A stretch of DNA of 35,667 nucleotides. It comes from Candidatus Nealsonbacteria bacterium RBG_13_36_15 (GTDB lineage: Bacteria > Patescibacteriota > Minisyncoccia > Minisyncoccales > RBG-13-36-15). The position numbers were made by a program, and so were the translations under genes. Shown here piece after piece: positions 18,480 to 25,605 of the stretch. The stretch spans positions 6,313 through 41,979 of the forward strand of contig MHLV01000016.1 of assembly GCA_001819145.1 (NCBI GenBank), read 5' to 3'. Position 1 is the stretch's first letter; every line of letters starts with the position of its first letter. Under the pieces are notes generated by a model that was not told the origin of the DNA, did not search any database, and saw nothing but the letters and a program-made list of their open reading frames with translations.

Positions 18480-20494
18480 TTCCATACTCTTTGAGTTTTA
18501 ATATACCACTCTTCAATATCAATAAATCTTTTGGAGGGATCAGCTATTATCTTTTCCTTTACACCCTTAATTTCATCAGAAACTGGATAAAGATAGTTAG
18601 GAGAATACAAAAAGATAGCGGGTGCATCTTTAATTATAATATTTTGAAGAATTTGATATTTTTCAAACCTTTCATTTTTATCTAAAGTCTGGCGAACTTC
18701 TTCAAGAATCTTATCAACCTCTTTATTATCGTAAAGAGAGAGATTTAATCCCGGATCTCTTTTTTGGGTAGAATGCCAAAAAGGATATAGGTCGGGGATT
18801 AGACCAATAACTTTTCCAAAGAGAAGGCTTTCATAATTTCGAGGCTTCCAGAAATCTTGCTCTAAGCTTGAAAGAGAAACTTTCTTGAGTTCTAACTCTA
18901 TCCCTAAGGCTTCCCATTGTTTTTTAATTAGGTCGGCTACCAAGCTAAGTTCTTCCTGATCGACTGTAACCAGAGAAAATTTTAGCGGTAGAATTTCTTT
19001 TGGCGTTTGAACGCAAACCTCGTTTAATTTTTCTCTAGTTGTTCTGCTGACGATTCCTGTTCCTTCTGTGAAACCCCAAGGCTCCAAAATATCTTCAAAA
19101 TATTTTTCTTGGAATCTTATTACTGCAGCCTGAGTTTTTTCCCCAAATTTGCCAGTTATTTCTCCTTCAGGATAAATTTGAGGGTCTTTGGCCAAGCAAC
19201 TCTGAAGACTTTTTACATCCTCACCCTGGCTTTCTAATTTGAGATCTCTTGTGAATAAATTTTCTTTCTCTTCTTTAAGGATTTTTTCTCTTTTACCATC
19301 TCCGTCTTCGTCTAGCCAGCCGGCTTTTTCTAAGAGTTCTTTACCCTTTTCTAAATCAAATTGATAGCCCTCGGGTGATGGAATATTATAGATTTCTGGT
19401 ATTAAGGGAGAATCTATTGCTTTGCCATGTCCCAAAAGTACTTCTTCAACGATAGCTTTTTTATTTGTTCCATAATTTAAAGCTTTTCTTACCGCCTCGT
19501 CTTTTAAGATTTCAGATTTTTCTGGATTGAAAGAAATATCAAAATATCTAGGAAAATAAAAATTATAAAATTTAATACCCTCGCTTTTTATAGTTTCAAG
19601 ATTTTTTGGAGAAATATAGGTTAGGCCATTAATTTCCCCATTCCTTAGAGCTTCAATTAAATCCTGTTCATTCTCAAAAAAACGAAAGGAGATTTCTGTT
19701 AGATAAGGTTTTTTACCGAAATAGTCGGAATTCTTGACAAGGGTTAAAGAGCTAATATGTCCCGATATGTTGTTTTTTTCAAGGCTTCTAAATTTAAAGG
19801 GGCCAGTTCCAATGGGCCTTAAATTGTAGATAACTAGAGAAAAATTTTCAGGAGAAACATCTTGCCAGATATGTTTCGGTAAAATTTTAAAAGTCAATGT
19901 TTCTAAAAAAGGAGCGTATGGAGTTTTTAGTTTAAACCTAACTTTAAAGTTATTTATTTTTTCTACTTCTATTCCAAATAAAGAAGCTCTCAGTTGGCTA
20001 TTATAATCTGGATCTTGAATTATTTTTATTGTAAAAATTAAATCATCGGCCGAAAAAGGCTCACCATCATGCCAGTTGGCATTTTCTAATAAATCAAATT
20101 CGTAAACTTTACCATTTTCTTTGATTTCATATTTTTTAGCGAGGTCTGGCACAATTTCTCCATTAGGGTTGTATTTCATCAAGCCCGAGAAAATTATTTC
20201 CGTTAAATCACGATCAACATCATTGCTCTGATCATAAATTGGATTAATGAATCTTGGTTGGCCGATTAGCCCTTCCGTATAGCTTCCTCCAAAAGCTTGT
20301 TGAAGTTCGGTATTTTTGAAATAAAAACTTAAACCAAGAAAAACACTAGAACCTATAAACAAAATACAGAAAAGAGAAAAAAATATTTTTTCTCTTTTCC
20401 CTAAAATTTTGAAAAATTGCTTTAATTGAAAAAAAGCTGGGAACTTTCGCCCTTTGGATGATCTTAAAATAATTTTTATCTTATTGAAGATCAA
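18476..20494 (-). CDS. ABC transporter substrate-binding protein, family 5 (OppA/DppA-like), with internal peptidoglycan-binding domain
   Basis: N-terminal TM, IVPDLA...WHDGEPFSADDLIFTI, PIGTGPF, VRKAL. Insert FTRDLKLESQGEDVKSLQ..L...ITGKFGEKTQAAVIRFQEK...GTGIV...TREKLN. Confidence 0.9.
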   Translation of the reverse strand: MIFNKIKIILRSSKGRKFPAFFQLKQFFKILGKREKIFFSLFCILFIGSSVFLGLSFYFKNTELQQAFGGSYTEGLIGQPRFINPIYDQSNDVDRDLTEIIFSGLMKYNPNGEIVPDLAKKYEIKENGKVYEFDLLENANWHDGEPFSADDLIFTIKIIQDPDYNSQLRASLFGIEVEKINNFKVRFKLKTPYAPFLETLTFKILPKHIWQDVSPENFSLVIYNLRPIGTGPFKFRSLEKNNISGHISSLTLVKNSDYFGKKPYLTEISFRFFENEQDLIEALRNGEINGLTYISPKNLETIKSEGIKFYNFYFPRYFDISFNPEKSEILKDEAVRKALNYGTNKKAIVEEVLLGHGKAIDSPLIPEIYNIPSPEGYQFDLEKGKELLEKAGWLDEDGDGKREKILKEEKENLFTRDLKLESQGEDVKSLQSCLAKDPQIYPEGEITGKFGEKTQAAVIRFQEKYFEDILEPWGFTEGTGIVSRTTREKLNEVCVQTPKEILPLKFSLVTVDQEELSLVADLIKKQWEALGIELELKKVSLSSLEQDFWKPRNYESLLFGKVIGLIPDLYPFWHSTQKRDPGLNLSLYDNKEVDKILEEVRQTLDKNERFEKYQILQNIIIKDAPAIFLYSPNYLYPVSDEIKGVKEKIIADPSKRFIDIEEWYIKTQRVWK

Positions 20495-20537
20495 ATTAAA
20501 AAAGAGGTTTTTTTTGATAAGTTATTATTAATAAAGT

Positions 20538-20756
20538 TTAAACAAGAATTAGCCTAGACAAGGCTAATATAATAAAGAGAGCTCCCAAAATTACCGTTGC
20601 CCAAAAAAGTTTTTTTTGGATACCCCTTCTGGTGCCATAAAACCCTCCCTCTCCCCCAAAAGCCGAACCCAAAGCCGTTCCTCGTTGTTGGAGTAAAATA
20701 AAAACAATTAAGCAAATGCCAACTAAAATTTGAAGATAGGTTAAGATGTCTTTCAT
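20538..20756 (-). CDS. secG: Preprotein translocase subunit SecG
   Basis: Two TM helices flanking ILLQQRGTALGSAFGG...TRRG. Confidence 0.92.
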   Translation of the reverse strand: MKDILTYLQILVGICLIVFILLQQRGTALGSAFGGEGGFYGTRRGIQKKLFWATVILGALFIILALSRLILV

Positions 20757-21128
20757 TTAAGATGGTTTTAATAAAGACTGTTTTGGCTTAGGAAACAAAA
20801 TTGAAACAATAAATCCAAGCCCCCAAATAATGAGGGTCGTCCAAAGAAGGGGAGTAATTAAGGGAATAGCGAGTTCATAAAAAATCAGATCAACCGTCCA
20901 GATAATTAATACATTAATAATTAGACCAAAAAGACCAAGAGTTAATAGCCTTAAGGGAAGAGTTATAAAATTGAGAATTGGCCTTATGAAGAAATTCAAG
21001 AGGCCAAGAATTAAACCAGCTATCAAGAGATATTTAATATCACCGACAAATTCTACTTCTGGAACAAATTCAACGGCTAACCAAAGTCCTAAAATTCCAG
21101 CGACAATCTGTAGAACTAATTCTCTCAT
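20757..21128 (-). CDS. Membrane protein, YvlD/phage-holin-4 like family
   Basis: Four hydrophobic segments with LILGLLNFFIRPILNFITLPLRLLTLGLFGLIIN. Confidence 0.85.
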   Translation of the reverse strand: MRELVLQIVAGILGLWLAVEFVPEVEFVGDIKYLLIAGLILGLLNFFIRPILNFITLPLRLLTLGLFGLIINVLIIWTVDLIFYELAIPLITPLLWTTLIIWGLGFIVSILFPKPKQSLLKPS

Positions 21129-21140
21129 TTTTTCAATATA

Positions 21141-22445
21141 TCAAAGTTGAGACTTTAAGTCAATTCTTCTTAGCTTTCTATGGTAAGAGATGGCAAAGCG
21201 GTGTGCTTCGTCACGAAGCTGCAAAATTAAATTAAAAATTTCCCGGGGAAGGTTCTCTAACAAAATTGGATTTTTTCGGTTTTCTAGATAGAGCTCATTT
21301 TTTCTTTTAGCTAAGGCAATAACCGGAACTGTTAATTGCTTATCCCTTAAATTCTTTTTGAAATTGTCGATTGTTAATCTGACGGCGTTGAATTGAGCTT
21401 TGCCGCCGTCAATTAAAATTAAATCTGCAAAAGGCCACTCAGAATGCTTTAATCTTCGTTTAATGATTTCTTTAATCATTGCAATATCGTTTGGCTTATC
21501 TATGGTTTTAATTTTAAATTTCCGATAAAAATTTTTATTGGGCAAACCCTTTATAAAAACAACCATCGAACCGGTAGCCTCTTTGCCTTGGATATTAGAA
21601 ACATCGTAAGCTTCAATTCTAAAAATTCGTTTATTGGTCTTAAAAAGATTTTTGAGAATTTTTTCGGTTTTTGACCAATATTTTTTTAGATTCAATGGTA
21701 TGGATTCTTCTTCAAAAATTTTGGCGTGAGCAAAAATTCTTTCTAAGATGCGAATTTGATCTCTAATTTTAGCTGCCCTTTCAAATTTTTCCAAGGCAGA
21801 AGTTCTTTTCATCTCTTTTTTTAATCCTTTTAAAACTGCTTGTTTTTTTCCCTTTAGGACAGCTATTAAGCTATTAATATTTTTTTTATATTCTTGAAAA
21901 TTAGGGTTGGGTCCGGGGCAGAGATTTAGCTGACACCAAAGGCATAAATTTTTTGGGTGTTTTTTTAGAGTATAATAAGGAAAAATCTTTCTCAGAATTT
22001 TTAAGGTTTTTTTTAGGGCAGAGCCCTCAACGAAGGGACCGATAAATTCAATTCTTGATTTCCAGCTTCTAATTTTTAACTTTAATTTAATCTGATGGGT
22101 GACGAAAATTCGGGGGAAATTCTCTTTGGTTATAGCTACGAAAAAATAGTTTTTATCATCTTTCCATAAAACATTATATTTTGGCTGGTGTTTCTTAATT
22201 AAATTGGCCTCTAAGATCAAGGCTTCAATTTCTGAATTAGTTCTTAAATAGCCGATTTTTTCAGCTTCATTAATAAAAAGCGAACCCCTAAATCCGGGCC
22301 GGGAAAAATGATTTTTCACCCTTTTCTTGATATCCGTAGCCTTCCCAATATAAAGAAATTTCCCGTCCTTTTTAAAGGCATAGACGCCAGAAATTTTTGG
22401 CAGTTTTGATATTTTATCTTTTTTTAGAAACTTAAATTTCTCCAT
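21141..22445 (-). CDS. uvrC: Excinuclease ABC subunit C (short form, no C-terminal HhH)
   Basis: GIY-YIG domain (GVYAF...LYIGKA...R...EALILEANLIKKHQPKYN), UVR motif (FERAAKIRDQI), RNase H-like domain (RIEAYDVSN, DLILIDGGKAQ, RDEAHRFAI). Confidence 0.93.
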   Translation of the reverse strand: MEKFKFLKKDKISKLPKISGVYAFKKDGKFLYIGKATDIKKRVKNHFSRPGFRGSLFINEAEKIGYLRTNSEIEALILEANLIKKHQPKYNVLWKDDKNYFFVAITKENFPRIFVTHQIKLKLKIRSWKSRIEFIGPFVEGSALKKTLKILRKIFPYYTLKKHPKNLCLWCQLNLCPGPNPNFQEYKKNINSLIAVLKGKKQAVLKGLKKEMKRTSALEKFERAAKIRDQIRILERIFAHAKIFEEESIPLNLKKYWSKTEKILKNLFKTNKRIFRIEAYDVSNIQGKEATGSMVVFIKGLPNKNFYRKFKIKTIDKPNDIAMIKEIIKRRLKHSEWPFADLILIDGGKAQFNAVRLTIDNFKKNLRDKQLTVPVIALAKRKNELYLENRKNPILLENLPREIFNLILQLRDEAHRFAISYHRKLRRIDLKSQL

Positions 22446-22484
22446 AACTCAATTATTTTAGAATATAATCCTTAATTTTTCAAT
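22438..22484 (-). repeat. 47-bp direct repeat copy 1: uvrC promoter and start
   Basis: Identical to 24616-24662. On the minus strand: TTGAAA-17 nt-TAAAAT-9 nt-ATGGAGAA. Confidence 0.95.
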
Positions 22485-22490
22485 TTAAAT

Positions 22491-22524
22491 AAAAAATATC
22501 TAGCCAAAAGCTTATGACTAGATA
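22491..22524 (-). terminator. Intrinsic terminator of the 693-aa surface protein gene
   Basis: Minus strand TATCTAGTCA-loop-TGGCTAGATA followed by TTTTTT, 17 nt after the stop codon. Confidence 0.65.
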
Positions 22525-22541
22525 CTAAAAAGATGGATTTA

Positions 22542-24623
22542 TTATGGTGGCAATATCGGGAAGCCCCAGCCCTGGAAGTAAGGAGTAACATCTACTCCCG
22601 CATTTGCACTTAACAAATGAGCAAAAAGCTCTACTTTTTCAAGATCAGTTGCCGGAGGAGAACCTACTGATGCATAATCTCTAAAGGTTTGCTTAAAGGG
22701 TTCCCAGCCAATATCTTCTTTTAATAAGTAGAGAAGTCCTGTATATACGTCATTGCTCATGTTCTGCCAATCGGTACGACCAGAATCTATCCAGGGTTGA
22801 GCATACCTTACGACAAAGTATTCATAAGGAAAGTCTCCGATAGGAATAAATCCTTGGGTAGGATGGCTGAACGTTGCCGTGGGATAAGTAGCAGAAAGAA
22901 TATCAGCTACATAAGTTAGTTTAAAATTTGCCCAATGTTCAGGATTTATAGGGCCATTTCCTGCGTAGTGCGAACCGTAAAAATCAAAAGCATGACTTAG
23001 TTCATGAACCTGTCCAAAGCCTAAATAATTATAATTATTCACTTGTTGAAGAGTATTCGGAACATAATTTGTATACCAAAGAGTTGGATTTCCCGCAATT
23101 AACTCGCCACCAGGATAAGATACAACCTCTTGTGTTACTACTTTATTGCCATCATATGGAATTTGTCCTGTAAGATCTTGAAGCGCTGAATAAGCAGCGT
23201 CAAGTTTTTGAAGCCAACCACTAGGATTCGTTAATATCGAACGGTGCTCTGGCAAAAAACACAATACTGTTTTTTGCCCTATGAAGGGGGGATCGAGCTT
23301 TTCAAGTGATATGTCATCAAAATAAACAGTTCCTGTGGTAAGCGACCAATTATAACCAATTCTAGCAGCAACTTTTACACTACTAGAGGCAATAGAACAG
23401 AAAAATAAACTTTCTTCTGTCCAATTTTGCGTTCCCCAAATTCCTGGCGAACGGTTAAGTGATAAATGAACAGAGAGATTAGCTCCCGTGCTGAAACCAT
23501 TTGGGGGATCAGCTAAAGTAACGTTTTCGGCTTTTATCCAGCCCTTAAACAAATAAGAGCTATAAGGGTCTACCGAAACATTTTGTAGCCACGCAGCATC
23601 GTTGGGCTGCGATGAAGTAATTTTAGCTGCTCCCATTCCACTTTTTACAGTAGATCCGTCTGAAATCCAATTCCAGGTGGATCGTGTAACGCTCCAGTAG
23701 TCTTTTTGCCAACTAGTAGGCATATTTCCCGAGCCATTCTCAAAACCAGGATTTAATAAAAGCGAAGTAATTCCTCCTGTTACCGTTAAATTATAAATTG
23801 TTTCTTTGCTGCCTACGGTAATAGTAATTGGATAAGTTCCTGTGGGCGTAGTTGAAGAAGTGGTAATGGTCATTATTGAAGAGCAAGAGGGAATGCAACT
23901 TGAAGGATTAAAAGATGCAGAAGTTGAAGCAGGAAGATTAGAGGCAGAAAAAGTAACAGACTGAGGGATGCCCGAGCTAAGTGTAGCATTGACAGCAGTA
24001 GAGATTGTTCCTCCTTGAGTTGTTGAACCAGAAGCAGGATTAACTGAAAGATTAAAATTAAAAGAAGAAACAATGCAGCTTTCATCTCCCTGGCATTGTT
24101 GACCAGAAGGGCAACCACAAGCGCTGCATTTATTAATTAAGCTTCCGTTATTACAATATTTTGGCTTGGTGGTTGAACATTGGCTATAAGAAGTACCATC
24201 TGCGCATTCTCTCTGAATACATTTTCCATCTTGACAAATATTATTCGAAGGACAGTTAATTATCGAACTCCATTCTGAGCAATTATCTTCATCATAATTT
24301 CCGCAGGTTTGATAACCATTATTAGAACATTTTTTTAGGCCCGTTTGAGAACATTCACTTTGGCAGGGAACTTCGGGTTCGTGAACTTCAGATGGTTCCT
24401 TTTCTGGAATAATTTTTTCTTCCTCGGTCAACTCCCCCTCAGATGTTTCCGGTGGAGGAGTAGATGTTTTTTCTCCAACTGGTTTTTCTATAATTTCGGG
24501 CATTTTCGGCATTTTCTTTTCAAGATAATAATATAGCCCCCCGGATATTAAACTAACAATAACTATAGTAAAAATTATACCAAATAGAACTTGTCCTCGG
24601 TTATAAAATTTAAAATTCTCCAT
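22542..24623 (-). CDS. Membrane-anchored multidomain surface protein: prepilin-like leader, Pro/Glu linker, Cys-rich region, Ig-like domain, CBM4/9-like domain, M60-like zinc metallopeptidase
   Basis: NRG|QVLFGII plus a TM helix; many Cys (CQSEC...CSACGCPSGQQC); FNLSVNP...SASFNP...TPTGTYPITIT; LLNPGFENG...W...W.Q.VSV.P...Y...GWIK...GTVYFDDISL; GQVHELSHAF...EHWANF; C-terminal DVTPYFQGWGF. Confidence 0.75.
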   Translation of the reverse strand: MENFKFYNRGQVLFGIIFTIVIVSLISGGLYYYLEKKMPKMPEIIEKPVGEKTSTPPPETSEGELTEEEKIIPEKEPSEVHEPEVPCQSECSQTGLKKCSNNGYQTCGNYDEDNCSEWSSIINCPSNNICQDGKCIQRECADGTSYSQCSTTKPKYCNNGSLINKCSACGCPSGQQCQGDESCIVSSFNFNLSVNPASGSTTQGGTISTAVNATLSSGIPQSVTFSASNLPASTSASFNPSSCIPSCSSIMTITTSSTTPTGTYPITITVGSKETIYNLTVTGGITSLLLNPGFENGSGNMPTSWQKDYWSVTRSTWNWISDGSTVKSGMGAAKITSSQPNDAAWLQNVSVDPYSSYLFKGWIKAENVTLADPPNGFSTGANLSVHLSLNRSPGIWGTQNWTEESLFFCSIASSSVKVAARIGYNWSLTTGTVYFDDISLEKLDPPFIGQKTVLCFLPEHRSILTNPSGWLQKLDAAYSALQDLTGQIPYDGNKVVTQEVVSYPGGELIAGNPTLWYTNYVPNTLQQVNNYNYLGFGQVHELSHAFDFYGSHYAGNGPINPEHWANFKLTYVADILSATYPTATFSHPTQGFIPIGDFPYEYFVVRYAQPWIDSGRTDWQNMSNDVYTGLLYLLKEDIGWEPFKQTFRDYASVGSPPATDLEKVELFAHLLSANAGVDVTPYFQGWGFPILPP

Positions 24624-24662
24624 AACTCAATTATTTTAGAATATAATCCTTAATTTTTCAAT
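24616..24662 (-). repeat. 47-bp direct repeat copy 2: promoter and start of the surface protein gene
   Basis: Identical to 22438-22484, and the adjacent 10 bp match at 8/10. Confidence 0.95.
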
Positions 24663-24703
24663 CTTATAAGAATATTTGAATCTTAAGGCTGGGGAAAACT
24701 AAA

Positions 24704-24732
24704 TTGTTTTTCAGCATTAATTTTAGTAGAAT
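24704..24732 (+). promoter_or_regulatory. Putative sigma70 promoter, near-leaderless
   Basis: TTGTTT-17 nt-TAGAAT, ending 9 nt before the ATG at 24742. Confidence 0.45.
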
Positions 24733-24741
24733 TATTGAAGC

Positions 24742-25503
24742 ATGGAAAATCAGCAATCTTCTCAATTGCCTTCTCAACCTAAAAACTCTTCTTTGCCGGG
24801 AATCGGTGATTTATTCAATAGAGCTTGGCAGATCTACAAAGAGAGATTTTGGGTTTTTGTCGGAATAATAGTTTTACCAACCCTTATTGTTTTCGGTATA
24901 GCTCTTTTTATAACTCTTCAGTTTATCTCGATATCAGAAACGGGGCAATCATTTTTCTCATCGACGGCCTTACTCTTTGGCGGACCCATTATTATTTTGG
25001 TGGCTATTATTGTTAACCTTTGGGCGTGGGTGGCTTTGCTTTATGCAATTAAAGAAAGTAAAGATAAAATTGGGATCAGAGAATCTTTTGCCAAGGGTTG
25101 GCATAAAATAATTTCTTATCTTTGGATTTCTATTTTAACTGGCGTTATAACCCTGGGCGGTTTTTTACTTCTTATTGTTCCTGGTATTATTTTTGCAGTT
25201 TGGTTTAGCCTAGCAAAATATGTTTTGGTTGTTGAAAATTTAACCGGAACGAAAGCTTTATTTCGTAGTAAACAATTAGTTTCTGGATGTTGGTGGGAAG
25301 TTCTTTGGCGATTTATTACTATTGGTATAATTGCAATTATCATTTCAATATTTATTGATTTTGTTGGCAGATTGATTGGCGTACCTAAAAATATTAATAT
25401 TTCTTCTCTAATTATTTCACTTTTCTTTTCTCCCTTTGCCACAGTCTATGCCTTTATCGTTTACGAGGACTTAAAGAAAATTAAAGAAGGGGTTGTTGTT
25501 TAA
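24742..25503 (+). CDS. Integral membrane protein of unknown function (~5-6 TM)
   Basis: Multiple hydrophobic helices with GGFLLLIVPGIIFAVWFSLA.Y..V.E...AL.RS..LV.G.WW.V..R, a motif resembling glycerophosphodiesterase membrane-domain-like proteins. Confidence 0.75.
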   Translation: MENQQSSQLPSQPKNSSLPGIGDLFNRAWQIYKERFWVFVGIIVLPTLIVFGIALFITLQFISISETGQSFFSSTALLFGGPIIILVAIIVNLWAWVALLYAIKESKDKIGIRESFAKGWHKIISYLWISILTGVITLGGFLLLIVPGIIFAVWFSLAKYVLVVENLTGTKALFRSKQLVSGCWWEVLWRFITIGIIAIIISIFIDFVGRLIGVPKNINISSLIISLFFSPFATVYAFIVYEDLKKIKEGVVV

Positions 25504-25534
25504 TTAAAATACCGATTAAGGTACTTATAATATA

Positions 25535-25572
25535 AAGGCGGCGGGGCTTTGCCCCGCCGCCTTCTTGATTTT
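25535..25572 (+). terminator. GC-rich 13-bp hairpin, probable terminator
   Basis: AAGGCGGCGGGGC-TTT-GCCCCGCCGCCTT followed by CTTGATTTT. Confidence 0.7.
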
Positions 25573-25593
25573 CTTTTTAATTAAGAATATAAT
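25565..25593 (+). promoter_or_regulatory. sigma70 promoter of uvrA
   Basis: TTGATT-17 nt-TATAAT, 12 nt before the ATG. Confidence 0.65.
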
Positions 25594-25605
25594 GTAAGAC
25601 TAAAT

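Noticed and set aside
20757..21128. Holin-family membrane protein as a sign of a prophage
   Set aside because: This family is commonly chromosomal, and the neighbours are uvrC and secG with no phage genes.
16099..22528. Shared 11-mer CTAGATACTAA at 16099-16109 and 22518-22528
   Set aside because: An 11-bp match is expected by chance in 35 kb of AT-rich DNA.
22438..24662. Integron cassette, prophage or IS interpretation of the direct-repeat unit
   Set aside because: No integrase, transposase, phage genes, terminal inverted repeats or convincing attC structure. Reported only as a direct-repeat-bounded cassette.
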